NCBI GenBank assembly: GCA_030141605.1
Contig: JAQGDQ010000078.1
Coordinates: 1-64,000, forward strand
Reading direction: 5' to 3'
Length of the DNA: 64,000 nucleotides
Origin: Tubiluchus corallicola
Taxonomy: Eukaryota; Animalia; Priapulida
The stretch's first letter is position 1, and each line of letters starts with the position of its first letter. Positions 1 through 13,100 of the stretch are shown here, in pieces. Both the position numbers and the translations under genes were made by a program. The notes below the pieces were generated by a model. The model did no database searches. It was not told the DNA's origin and saw only the letters and a program-made list of their open reading frames with translations.

Positions 1-1024
1 GGAGAAGGAAGGAGAGAGAGAAAGAGCAGACGCTGTTCACGGACTGATACACTTAAAGATAGCCACACTATGAACAACAGAAGAAGTGCGTTTTAAAATG
101 ATTTATGAAACGGTGCGTCTTAAAAGTTAAAACCGCTACAGGAAATTGCCACTCATTACAACAGAATAGATGTCGCCCTGCTCGTGATCCGGACGAATCA
201 AGCAATTATTTGATTTATGTTGATAATGAAGTGCAATTTCTGCGAGATTTTCGCGGTTTATTGGCCGATTCCTAGTTTGCGAGGGGATTACGAGAATGCC
301 TCTAACTGCCTTGTCTTTTAACGGGAAAACTGAGCTGGGATAAAAACAGGATTACACATTAACGCTAACACAAATCAACTGTGGAACTAATAGGATAGTA
401 AAGATGCTGCCTTCGTCTGCTAACCATGATATAAAGGCTAGCGTATGATACGAACGATTTCCAAAATTGGGGCCATACATGGTATATGGATTTTAGCTAA
501 AAGACAAAAGCCATGTTTGTATTGATGGACTGTTTCAGCTTAGGGCGCTTAGGAGGATGAAACTGGAAAAACTTAAAAAAGATTATTGCCTGGCAACTTG
601 CATCTTTGGGCAACCTCTCAGCCTTTGATGACAAATTAATTTGCGTTTTACGACTTAATTAGCTACAAGAAAAGTGATTACACAGCAATCTCGTGCCGAG
701 TTCTCATAAAATTTGCATCTGGCTGTAAAACTGCGAGTATTAAAATCCTGTGCTGTTTGCATACATTTGCACAAACTGATGAAAATACATGACGATAATA
801 TAATGCACAAATTGAAAGCCTGATTTACAATTTTGAGTGTTTGCTCCTGTTATTTCAAAACTTGTCGCTAAATATAAAATTTACATGACCATGCAAATGC
901 ACGTTTTACCGCTTTGATCTTAAACAGAAATTGAGGCATTGTAAGCATTTAGGCTTATGGTTTTAAACTCATAAGAAACTGTATTACGGCACGAAGGCAA
1001 ACGTAGCTATTAATATAAAAACAG

Positions 1025-1120
1025 GCAACAACAAAAAGAATAACAGTAAAAACAACAATAACAACAACAACAGCAGCAGCAGCAACAACAACAACAACAA
1101 CAGCAACAGCAACAACAACA
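1025..1120 (+). repeat. (CAA/CAG)n microsatellite
   Basis: Direct reading. Confidence 0.9.
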
Positions 1121-1589
1121 TCAATATGTAACAACATAATAATCTCTGTATTATTTTTTTAATATGTGTTTTCTGAAGATGGGCCAAGAATAACGGACAG
1201 AAACCTAAAAGTTTAAGCAAGGTTCTGGCAATAGCAATATGGCAGTAAGGAATATGGCAATAAGCAGTGACTTCTGTTAAAGGGAAAAAGAAAAAATCCG
1301 GAAAGAAGACCCGTCAGTACTGATTTGGAATTTCCTACATAAGCGCACTGGAAAAGATACTCTACTAGAATATGGCAATACGTTCACACAGACCTAGCAA
1401 AAACTGCCAGTCACTCAGTCTTACTCACATTCACATTTTAGGCGTTAAGAAACTTACATTAAAACATTTAGGCAGTACATAGATAAAAAAGTCGTGCTTC
1501 TGATTGTCGTGTCTACTTAAGTAAACAAAATCAACTCGTTTGTTTGCACAGAAAACGCACGTGCTTGCGATTTCTTGACACAGAATTTT

Positions 1590-2050
1590 TTTACTACGCC
1601 ACAGCTAAGATTCGAACTCAGGACGCTCTATCGGAGCCGCTCTCGCACTACATGCTGACGGACTTTGCTCAGTCTAAACTAGTCTGAAATGCGAAACATT
1701 GGGTTACTTGCTTATTGAGTCTTTTCTGCCTAACTATCTGGATATGTCATTTAGAATAACATTTCACGTTGCCATAGAATCTACGTTTTCGTAAAATTTA
1801 TAATATAGAATAACTCCACTGTGACGTCACAATATAAAAACTGGCTAAAACGTATAACATGAACAACAAGAACAAGAACAAGACCGGTATCACGATGAAA
1901 CAGACCCCTTTACAGAGTTACTTTGCACGCCAGTAACCCAAAAATGCGCTTCCTATTATACCTCACGCCATGCTTTAGTACGCTACAGTTAGTGTTCGAA
2001 CTTAGAACCCTCTATCGACACTGTCCCTCGCATCTGCATGCTGATTTTAC
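1590..2050 (-). mobile_element. Two diverged copies of a tRNA-like (Pol III B-box) SINE fragment
   Basis: tacgccacagctaagattcgaactcaggacgctctatcg..catgctga (~1594-1660) and tacgctacagttagtgttcgaacttagaaccctctatcg..catgctga (~1979-2045); GTTCGAA B-box on the minus strand. Confidence 0.5.
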
Positions 2051-2519
2051 TCTAACAAAACATTATAGATTGATGTAGTCACTTCTTTAGATGTTTGTGT
2101 GACATGCTAGTCCCTAACGGATGCTATGACATAATGCATTCAACAGCCAATTTGCAAACGATCAGAAAAGCAAAGGCGTCTTCAGCCGCCCGTGTTTTTG
2201 ATTAACTTTATCGTTTCTCATCATCTTTGAGCGCTGAGGAAAATCCATGAATCCACAATGAATCAGACTATTATATCTGCAAAAGGCTTTGTTTTTCACA
2301 AATTAGCACATGCCATAAAACGCACAGCTTTGCTGGTCGTTGTAGTCTTATCGTTTCTTAGATCAGTCTATGTAGTTTCTGAAAGCTTGCAATAAACTAC
2401 GAATTTTATAGTTTTATTATACTGTAAAGTTGAGAGAAATAGGAGCTCTTCAAAAAATGAAAAGCTGTGAAAGAAAACAACAAAGTTCAATAATTAACAT
2501 AAAGCGTTTTTTATTTAGG

Positions 2520-2940
2520 TAATTTGTTTGTTTATTTCTTCCTTTTCTGGTGCTCTTTCGTTCCGTCTTTTTGTGTCTTTTTCATTCTTTCTTTCTTTCG
2601 TTCCTACCTCACTTTTTGTTCTTACAATTTACCCTTTTAATTGTCCATTCACTTTGTTTGTTTGTTTTCAGTTTTTCCTTCGCTTATCCACTATTTTTTT
2701 AATCTATGTAAGCTACCTTTATTTAATTCATTCTGATTCGCCATTTATTCGTTCATATGCTTATCGTTTCCTTCATTCATGCAATTGGTCATTTGCTCGT
2801 TTGTTTGTGCGTTTATTCGACTGTAAGTTTGTCCAGCCGTTATTTGCTCGTCAATTATTTTGTTTATTTGCTCGTTCTTTCGTTTATCTAGCTGCTAAGT
2901 TGTTTATTTGTTCTTTCATTCATTTGGCTTTTCACTTATT
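2520..2940 (+). repeat. Degenerate (TTCG/TTTG/TTCA)-like low-complexity tract
   Basis: T-rich with tetranucleotide periodicity. Confidence 0.7.
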
Positions 2941-3612
2941 AACAATGTTACTTGTTGGCACACTATTGGCAGACAGTTTAGAAATCCATAGATTTACAAC
3001 AATGTAAGCCTTCCATGGCATTTTCTTCATTAATTCTTTGAATCAGATTTTTTTGTCACAATTCACAATATATAGTCGCAAGTACCTACCGTAAAAATCA
3101 AGTTAATAATTTGTGCCCAATTAACAATTATATTATGACAGAAATTCTATTAATAAACTCATGCATCTGATTCCACGAACACAATTGAAATTACAATCTG
3201 ATGCAAAACAGTTATATTCGTTATTAATGCAGATTAAAACGCATGTGGTAAAATATCATATAAATTTCAACAACTTCATCTAACTTCAAAACAAAATGAA
3301 AAAACGTTTTGACTAGATTTGAATATCCTGTATACCAAAACCACAATATTTATATGCAGCGTGATTACATTTTCCCCCGTCCATAATCTTGAAAAATCAA
3401 AATGTTTTAATGTAAATGTGTGTATATATTGTAAATATAAAATGATTTATTTAGTATCTGTAAGTTGCGAATGTCAAACTTCCATGTGTTTGTAGTTTAG
3501 CTCTGCACCTGACGCATTTGTCTTTTTACAGTGTTTTTATGCATTGATGACTATCATATGCAAATGTAATTTTTTATAAGATTATACTTATATATATATA
3601 TATATATATATT

Positions 3613-4401
3613 TATCGCTGAATAAATAGTATACTGAAGAGATCAAAAATTGGCATTTATCTTTTATTTATTTTATATATCTTTATTTATTATATATATA
3701 TATATATATAATAATAATAAATAGCAATAATTGGTTATAATGCAAATGCTCAAAATTCAATTACCGGGATGCAGAGCATTTTGCTTGTCAATTGGTCTAT
3801 AGTTCTCGAGCGAGTGAATTCCCAATATACATTTCCCAGTGACACTGATGGTCTTAGTGGCATAAAAACGATGTTTTATTTGCTCATCCAGATTTACATC
3901 AGCGCCCTACGGACTAATTCACACCCGATAGCTTGCAACTCTATTGTGAACAGTTCATAAAATTGAAATAAATCACTGTATTGGACAATACGGCGATGCG
4001 TGGCGGTAGGGTTGGACAAGACGGCCACCTACGGAGCGGTTTGTTGTAGTCCTCGTCACGGCCGCTGGGCTGAGTCTGTCAGTACCATCTGAACCATGCG
4101 CCCGCAGCTGGCTTGCGTAAGTTACGCTCTGCTAGAATATCGCCAAGTTTTTGTCTCGTTTTGTAAATTGTGTAAGTTACGGCAGCAGTTGTTTATGAAA
4201 GCCTGTAACACTTTGCCGGGTGAGTTATGGTAACCCTAAATTAAACTGGCGACATAACTTAATTACCACGATTTTGTTACGACCCTCTCTCAGTCTGATC
4301 AAATAGATCATTGGAGTCGAATAAAAGCCAAATCAAAACAACTCACGTATCGCTGAATAAATAGTATACTGAAGAGATCAAAAATTGGCATTTATCTTTT
4401 A
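3613..4401 (+). repeat. Exact 54-bp direct repeat (3613-3666, 4348-4401) bracketing a ~680-bp segment
   Basis: tatcgctgaataaatagtatactgaagagatcaaaaattggcatttatctttta occurs twice. Confidence 0.9.
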
Positions 4402-6548
4402 GATGCATTTATCCCTGTTATAAATGTCATATCACAGCAATCAAAACGAAAAGGATATTCTCAGAAAGGTAATCTAAGCATAATATACTTTTCACTGAAA
4501 ACTGACTAAAACAGTCTTTATTACGCTATAACGGGTTTATGATTGTCGAAAATACATATTGCAGTAAATAGAATATAACTGATATGTTCGCATGAATACA
4601 CCTTATAGCTTTAATTTATAGTGTGATTTATAGTTTAAACTAAAAACACTTTACTTAGTTTATCAGGGCCTTCAAGAGAAATTTCGCAAGGCGGTACAAC
4701 ACCCTTTTGGGGCCCCGAGGCAGCTAAAGATTTTTTCTCAAAATTAGGGGTTTGGTGATGTTTGCGTATGAGAATGTAAGTGTATGTCGGGCTGCGGATA
4801 TTAGAAAGTGCTTGTTCTTGAGGGAAATGGTTGCTGTGGGATCGCTCTTGGGCCCCGGAACTAAGTACCGGCTGAACCCGCCTCCCATGGGCCAGGTAGT
4901 TTATAAGAAAGGTGAATTGAAATTTCAGCCAATCAAGAGAACAAATTAGAAGCGCCGCTCTAATCTGAAAAGTCCAACTAAATTGAGCGAAATAAAAAAC
5001 AATTTCTCTTAAAATGAAAGTTTTTAAGGAATTGTATACATGGCAGAATTGTGACAGGGGTGGACTAACACCACGCACCAACCATTCTTGGGATCACCTT
5101 GAGCACAAGTAGTGCCTCCCTGTCACATAACACAAAGACACGAGACAAAAGTGTGTTTAATTTATAATTTGATAATTATGGTGAAGTGTATGAGTGGAAT
5201 ATGTATGACAGAGTATTTTTTGACTCTTGTCCAGTTTGGCACTGCTTTGCACTTCCACCCTCTCATTCGTATTTTTTCTTGTCCTCGTGGTGATCCCAAA
5301 ATGGGCAGTTTCATGGCCATAGATGCTTTGCGTATTTCACTAATTTGCGTATCCAGGGCTGCAGATGACTCATCTTAAGTACTGTCATTAATAATGGCGT
5401 AGATAGAATATCACAGTATATCACTGATGTGCTAGATTTCGGTTCCGTTACAACTAAAAACCTAATCTGTCGTTGCAACTGGCGTTGAATGCTGAACTTT
5501 CACTGTACAAAAAAATTGTAGGTTAAGCAGTCAACGTGTCATGCAATGAAAATAACAGAACATGTCCATGTGCAGAATTAGAATATAAGTTTCTACAGCT
5601 TAAACAGTGCAGTTTTCCACATAAATTACAATCTTACTTAGATGTTACCTAAAATGAAATAAAATCAAAATTTCTGCGTGTGAAAATTTTCATTTTTTAT
5701 CCAACACATGAAAAACTTAAAGCTGTAACGTAGCTTAAAATATAGTGCTTTAAAATAAAGCCGTATCTAACAGCAAAAATGCTCTGTTCAATTTGGAAAA
5801 ACATATTTAAATTCTGAACTTATTCTTACTAAAAAATAAAAATAACACCAGAAATAGGTGAGAGGACCTAATAACAAACAGCAATGACATTTAGTATTTA
5901 TATCGTCCAGAAAAATTACGCTAATAAAATTTATCTATATGAGTTTCATAGCCAATCACACGAAATGGCGTGAAGAAACAAAATTCTTGAAATCTTGGTA
6001 TGCTTAGTAAACCCGTCGAGAGTGATGAAGCGATATTCTGTGTTTTGCATAAGTGGGCGTGGCTAATATTCGTGCCAATCAAGTCGAGAAATTAACGACC
6101 AGCATTGATTCAAGAGCGGTTTGACTAATCGTTTCCCCAAGTCTGACTGCGGCTGCTAATAATTTATGTTTTAGCGCAAAAATTACTCACATAAAAAGAA
6201 GCCCGTTTTCCCAATCACTTTGATTGCTTTGACGTTTTGAATTATTAGAATTCTCGTTCAAGCGTCGGCGGTAAGTTCATTTGACCTTTGTCAGCTCGTG
6301 TTTTAACCTGTTTCTATTGGTTTATTTATTTTTCTCTTAGTTATTCTCAGCCAAGATAATCCTCATATTGCCCTAGTAGTGCTTTTCAAGGAAACCCTCG
6401 CTGCAGCTTTAATTAATACACACAAGGTTCACATGAAACGCACTTGATAATGTAAATTAAATGCAAAATCTTAAATTTTATAAGCTGCCTTTTATTTAAT
6501 CGCATTGGTTTTCACGACATTGCGTGATAACATTGTAATCTGTCACTC

Positions 6549-6968
6549 AGGGCCGGATCGCACTACAGCCGAGCCCCCCTCCAAGACTGAGGGGCCCCAA
6601 CTAAAGGATTTTCAAATGTATAATTTTTTTTGAAGATTGAGCATAGTATTTTAGTATTTTGCTATGCTTAATAATATATTTAATTAAAATAAAATTTTAG
6701 CTTTAAAAAGGACTCCCGGGAATCTCAAAATACAATTTTAAAAAAGTCATTCATGTTTGTGGCCCTTTGTTTGAGATAAAGGGCCCTTGTTTAAAGATTT
6801 TTATTTGAGATAAATGGCTCTTGATAGAGGCCCTTTAGTTGAGATAAGTTGACCCTGTCCCTGTTTGAAGTCATTTATTTGAGATAAGGGCCCATAATTT
6901 GGGGCACTAGTTGTAAATCAGCCGTGTAAGGAGGCCAACCTTCGGCCCCTAAAGCCCATAATCTGGTT
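6549..6968. mobile_element. CAGGGCC-ended non-autonomous element with internal ttgagataa(a)gggccc subrepeats; related GGGCCCC element at ~4664-4897
   Basis: Both start cagggcc and carry ggggcccc motifs; about 4-5 diverged ttgagataa units at 6770-6895. Confidence 0.4.
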
Positions 6969-7502
6969 GCATCAATGTAATGAAAATTCCGTTCACCTTT
7001 TAGAATAAACGTTATTGATTTAAATTGATTTTTACTTATTGATAGGCGCTTATGAGAAGGTCATTTAGCCCTTGAGCGCCTGCCTACATTTCTGATGATT
7101 TTTTGTACAGCCATTTGTTTTTAATTTTGTATGTGTGTGGTGTGAACAATAAATAAATATAGAAGATTGGCAATATTTACATGCAAATTTAAAAAATATT
7201 TTTGGTAGTTTGTTTCTCAATCATGGACGCTAATAAAACACAGTAATTTATCATATAATCCAATGTTGTTTACATATTTGTAGATCATAAAAAGGCTTTT
7301 TCTACTAGCAAGCATAAGCAACGCAAGGAATAGGGCAGAGGTGTTTTTTGAAACGTAGATCAACATCAAAAGGTCTTCTGTTTTTTCCTTTTCGTACACC
7401 ACGATGATATAAAGTAGCTGAGTTCCGTACATTTGTATCAAAAGTCAACTATACTATAATGGATGACATTCAAACACAATTATGCGCTATAGTTACATTG
7501 CC

Positions 7503-7691
<189 letters not shown>

Positions 7692-8568
7692 TGGATGGGC
7701 GGATCGATCGTGCGGGATACCAGTAGTTAGGAAGCTTGGATATACTGTGTGATGTTTAGGTGTGGGTGTTTGACGTGGTAACTTCTAGGTTACCCCAACA
7801 TAACCCCCAAAGCGGCCAAAATCAAAGATAATATGTAAATATGACAATGACATGCAATTTAAGTTGTACTGACTACACACTAACTGCCGTAATAGTAAAC
7901 ACTCGAATCGGTTCTAACGAAAGAAAAATGTTACTTATTATTGCTCTTTTTCTTGGAAACTGTTTCACATCTTGCTATAACGCCTTGATCGCTAGTAAAA
8001 TTTTGTTAAATTTTACTGTAATGGAAATGAATGATAATTATATTTGTGTTGGAATGGCTTAACAACCGCCTAAAGAAGCCAAAAGTGTGTTATATTCTGT
8101 TTGCCCAGTAGGACAAAGTCAGTAAGCTGTTACAAATCTCTGCGCTGTAAGTGATAAAAAAACCTCAAATATCAGAACAGTGATTAACATTCTACACAAC
8201 ATCAGTTGCTCCGCCATGAGTGACAATAAAAAGTGTGGATTGCGACAGGAAACGGCAGTCAGTGCTATCATTATTTGCCAATAATTGGTTAGCTTAGTTG
8301 AGCACTTGGCTTCATGATTTGAACTCTTGTCAAGCGAGGAGGCGTTTAACGACAACAGGAGCTTGTTAACGGACAGCTGATTACCTTTAATTAGAAGCCC
8401 GCGACGTGGAATCAGTTTGTATTTCATCCAGATTCAGACGTCGCTACTTCAACGCATCTCTATTCGATTTTATACGTTCTTGTTAAAAGGCATGGTGGCT
8501 TTTTCACATATGACTATTCTGTTCCTAAACTATTAGTCGTACATTATTCCCTAAATTACACATTGGCA

Positions 8569-8805
<237 letters not shown>

Positions 8806-9954
8806 TATGAGCGTTATTTGTTTGAAAATGAGAAAGATATGAATTTAAAAAAATAGGAGGACTAAGGACAACATTGTAACAACCTTAACAACCTTGGTGA
8901 AGAATAAACATGGCAGGAAATTAGTCAATCAAAACCAAAAGTCGTTTGGATCGAAATGCAAATCGCGCTGCATCAAATAGTGCTGATCGTTGCGTGTTTT
9001 ATCGTATGCAAAACTATCCAGCTCGGCTTGATTGTCATGTAAGTGTCGAGGAGGTAGCGAGGGATTCAAATAAGAGAAATGACAGGTTTAGACGCTTTCA
9101 CGTTTGCTGGCTAACTGCTCTTTTAAAGCCGCACAAAGCCAGCTGTTAAAGCCGGACTGATTGAATGCAAATTACAACTGAGATGCTGTGAGAGCAGTAA
9201 CTCAGTTCAGTTCAGTTTTATTTCACAGTAATGCAGTACGCCTCCTTGCTTTACACTCTATCACATTAAATTCTCGTCGCCACTACGCAGCAGATCAGAT
9301 AAATGGCAAAAATAATGGTTACTTGTGACTTAATTCCCGGTTCTTAAGCTGGTTTTCTGACATTATTTGCTTGTTATCCGCGGTTGATCGCAGCCAGCTC
9401 ACCGAGTGACTCGCGGAGGCAGATTACAAAGCCCAGGGCTTCCACTGAAGCGGAGCAGCTGATAGTCACTAATGAGGGATTCACGTAATGAGCCTGGTAA
9501 CTGGTAACAACAAGTTACCGGTAGCAAGGTTATGGACGCTTGACCACTTCTGTTTGATTAATACTGGCAATCGAGGAATTTAGAAAAAATATTAATACTT
9601 TTGTGCAGTCGTTCCATTACTTAAATTATGTTTAAATTTGGTTATGAGAAAACTAGAAACAAATAAACTAACATGCATAAATTGACGAATAAATCAATGA
9701 GTAAATGAATGAATGTTACTAGAGTGATCTACTCGATTTTTAAAAGAGTAAACAGCTTTTCGTACGATTACGTCAAAGTGCTGAATTTACAAGTTGGCAC
9801 ACATTTCACTAATACTGCAAACATAGGGCAATGAAAATAGATTTCTTATGCACTTGTTATAGGTAACTTTCAGTTCTTTAATAAAATATAGGCATTGCAA
9901 TTTTTTTACAATTCTATCACCACCACGCAAACGGCAATGGCAACGAGACCACAA

Positions 9955-10165
9955 TGATCACGCATCGACCCACAAATCTGATCACGCACCGACCCACAAA
10001 TCTGATCACGCATCGACCCACAACTCTGATCACGCATCGACCCACAACTCTGATCACGCATCGACCCTCAACTCTGATCACGCATGCACCCACAACTCTG
10101 GTCACGCATGGACTCACATCTTTGACCACGCATGGATGGATACACAACTCTGATCACGCATGGAC
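9955..10165 (+). repeat. 24-bp minisatellite, ~8-9 copies (tctgatcacgcatcgacccacaac)
   Basis: Tandem units that decay toward the 3' end. Confidence 0.93.
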
Positions 10166-13100
10166 TTCCATCTTCCGAATCTCTTAATTTTTTAAAAAAG
10201 TGCAGTGGTTGCCTTGTTGGAATCTTTTAATATTCATTTTGGTTCACAATTTTTGCTCGTGTAGTTCGTTGGCCTTAGTGAATCACTGCCTTATACTTCA
10301 TCATGCCCTGACGTTGAGTCTCCTCATTTCTGCCCCTTAATCGATGAGCTGATGGTAGTTTTTCCCACTACCGACAAGGATAAATTATCCCAGCGATCAG
10401 ATTGAAAGGGAAAAGTTTATCTTGATGAAATCCGGTCATCGAGTCGGCCATTTTTCCATTTGCGATATTTCAGCAGAGTCTCAGGAGTTGTGTTAGGGCT
10501 GATACGCCAGCTTGATGTTCTGATAAATCACTACACTGGTTTCTCTCGTAGCTTAACTCTCATCTATCCCTCTAGGTCTTTTGTTAAAATGTGATTGCAA
10601 TGAAATATCACATAATACACATCGCTATTTGTCATAGTCAAGAGACCGGAAATAATATTTTCCATTAACAAGATTATTTTTGAGTTCGTCTACAGGGAAA
10701 ATGTTTATCAATCGCAGCGATGTCAGTAAGTTTGTCTGCAAGTTTGTAAAACCAAGAGTGAACTGTAGAAAGTGTATGGCTTCAAATGTACTGTAGAAAG
10801 TGCACGACTTCAGAGCTTTATGCACGGATTCCAAAGACAGTCTTTACGATGTACACACTATTTTGTCGCCACCTAATTTATTGTGTGAAAAGACATCCGA
10901 TAGAGGTCACTGCATACTGAAATAATTCAAAACCAAATCCACGAGGGGACCGTCGTGACACTGATTACACATGACTATACTTGGTTGAGTGTGGATGTTA
11001 ATACGCGGAGATTATTAAGATCATATAATTATAACTAACCAATATGCGCGGTGCTGATTATCAATGGTCCAATACTGTTTACTCGTGGGTGACAGAGCAG
11101 TTTGCCCTAATTTTCACATTTGACTCCCATCTCAGTTTCAACTCGTACCTGGGGTCCTCGAGCGAGCCCTTTGACAATTTCATTTCGATCATGGCACTTG
11201 ACTGTAGGCTCACATTTATCCCAGAATACTAAATATTTACGAAAACATACTAAATTTAACTCACAACCCAAGAGGAGTTGAATGGCAATTGAAAAAACTG
11301 ACCCTTGCCCAGTGTCGCTGACCCTTTGACAGAAGTTACCATTCACCACATTACACATCTACTATGTACACATCTACCCCAACATTATATAAATACTTAT
11401 GGAAAAAAATTAACTAAGCCCAGGCAGGAGTGGAATAGCAATTTGTAATTCATTAATTAATTGTTTAATTAATTTGTAATTTATTATCCGAATGATTGTT
11501 CCCCCAAACACATAAAAGCTCCTTACCCCAGGCATCGGCACTGTAACTTTCGTTACTCTAGCCTTCTGCTTTAACATGAATTCTGGATGACTAACACAGT
11601 GAAATGAAAAAAATTAGCTCATGGGTTCTTCTAGATCCGCGACGCTAACGCTAGCGGATAATAACATAAACCCTACCGTACCATAAACCCAACTATGCGG
11701 TGAATTTATGAACAATTCACATGCTAGACTTTATGCCTATAATTACCTAAGTTCAAAATTGAAACCAACGGGGACAAATTGTCAATTTAGTTATTGACAA
11801 TTTTTAATTATGTTTCCGACTAATTGAAAAAAGTAAACAAAAAATAAAGTAAACAAGTAAAGACAAACAGATGGATCGTTGGATGGCTATTTAACGACTT
11901 ACAACAATACAGTAAGGACTCAACACACAAATAACGAATAATACGTAAGGTTATGCCATGGCGTTTGCAGCCGCTAGACTGGAACTAAGACTGCGTGGTT
12001 GCAGCCCGAAATCTAAATTACTCGGCCACCTAACCAAGACAAGCCACCCAACCTAGGACGAATTACCAATGGCGAGCCGAATAAACGAACGGGAGAATGA
12101 GGGAGAGAATAAAGCGAGTAAACGAACAAGAATATGTGCAAAAAATAGCAAACATACATACAGACAATTGATTTTTAAGTGCAAATGTAGGACGATGAAA
12201 CAGTTACTGCAATCATAGCAGAAAGGACAGACTTCACCAGATTTGTGTTAAACCTCGGTATATTTAACAAGATTAATTTGTTGTTTATTTACACGAATTT
12301 TCTCGGTTTACAAAACAGATTTCTCGGTAAAATTTCATTCGTCAGGCGCAGATCTACAGATCCCGGACTGCAAGACACAACACGTGATTACAAGCGAACA
12401 ATCTCTAAGACGTTGCCTGTAAGACCACACGTAATATGACGCCTGAGGTGGAAAGAGTTAAAACGAGGAGAACACGTCGTCCATGAAATTTGGTCTTGGA
12501 ATGCGTCAAAAGGGGAGATGAGGTGATGAAGAGTTACGAGCCAGAAAAACATTGAGCAGATGGTAATTCATTCATTCCGACAGACATAACGTGAGATTAT
12601 TGGCCATAACTCTGCAGACGTCCTTACTTCTTTGCGAAGATACAAAACGGGAATTAATTTCATTTCGAATTACATCAACACTCCACTTGAATGTCAGTGT
12701 GCGGTGTGACGGAAATCTTTTACATTGCAGACCACCACCACAAAGTTTTTACAACTATCACGAAAGAGATGGGCATCCATCAATCATTTTTATAGGATTT
12801 GCATAACTTGATGATAGTTTAATCAATTTTATATTTGTAACACCAGTGAAATTAAACAAGAATCCTTTTTGGGGTTGTCGCCTTGTCCGAAAAAAAGAAA
12901 ACTGTGTAACAACCAACAAAACAGTCGAAAGAGCTTTAAATTTTGAATAGCAAACACTTATTTTAATATCTAGTGCTGCTGTTATTCGCAGTTTTAAGGG
13001 CCGCAGATGGACAGGAGTTAAATTCACGTTTGATCCTCGATGTGAATCATTTTTTTCAAAAACTTCGTTGATTCTTCTCTTTTTTGCAATAAGGAGTGGA

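Noticed and set aside
2528-3007. 159-aa Phe-rich ORF resembling a membrane protein
   Set aside because: Arises from a T-rich degenerate tetranucleotide tract; non-ATG start and no domain.
9917-10187. Repetitive ORFs (LITHRPTT)n and (RCVIRVVG)n
   Set aside because: In-frame read-through of a 24-bp minisatellite; no splice or domain support.
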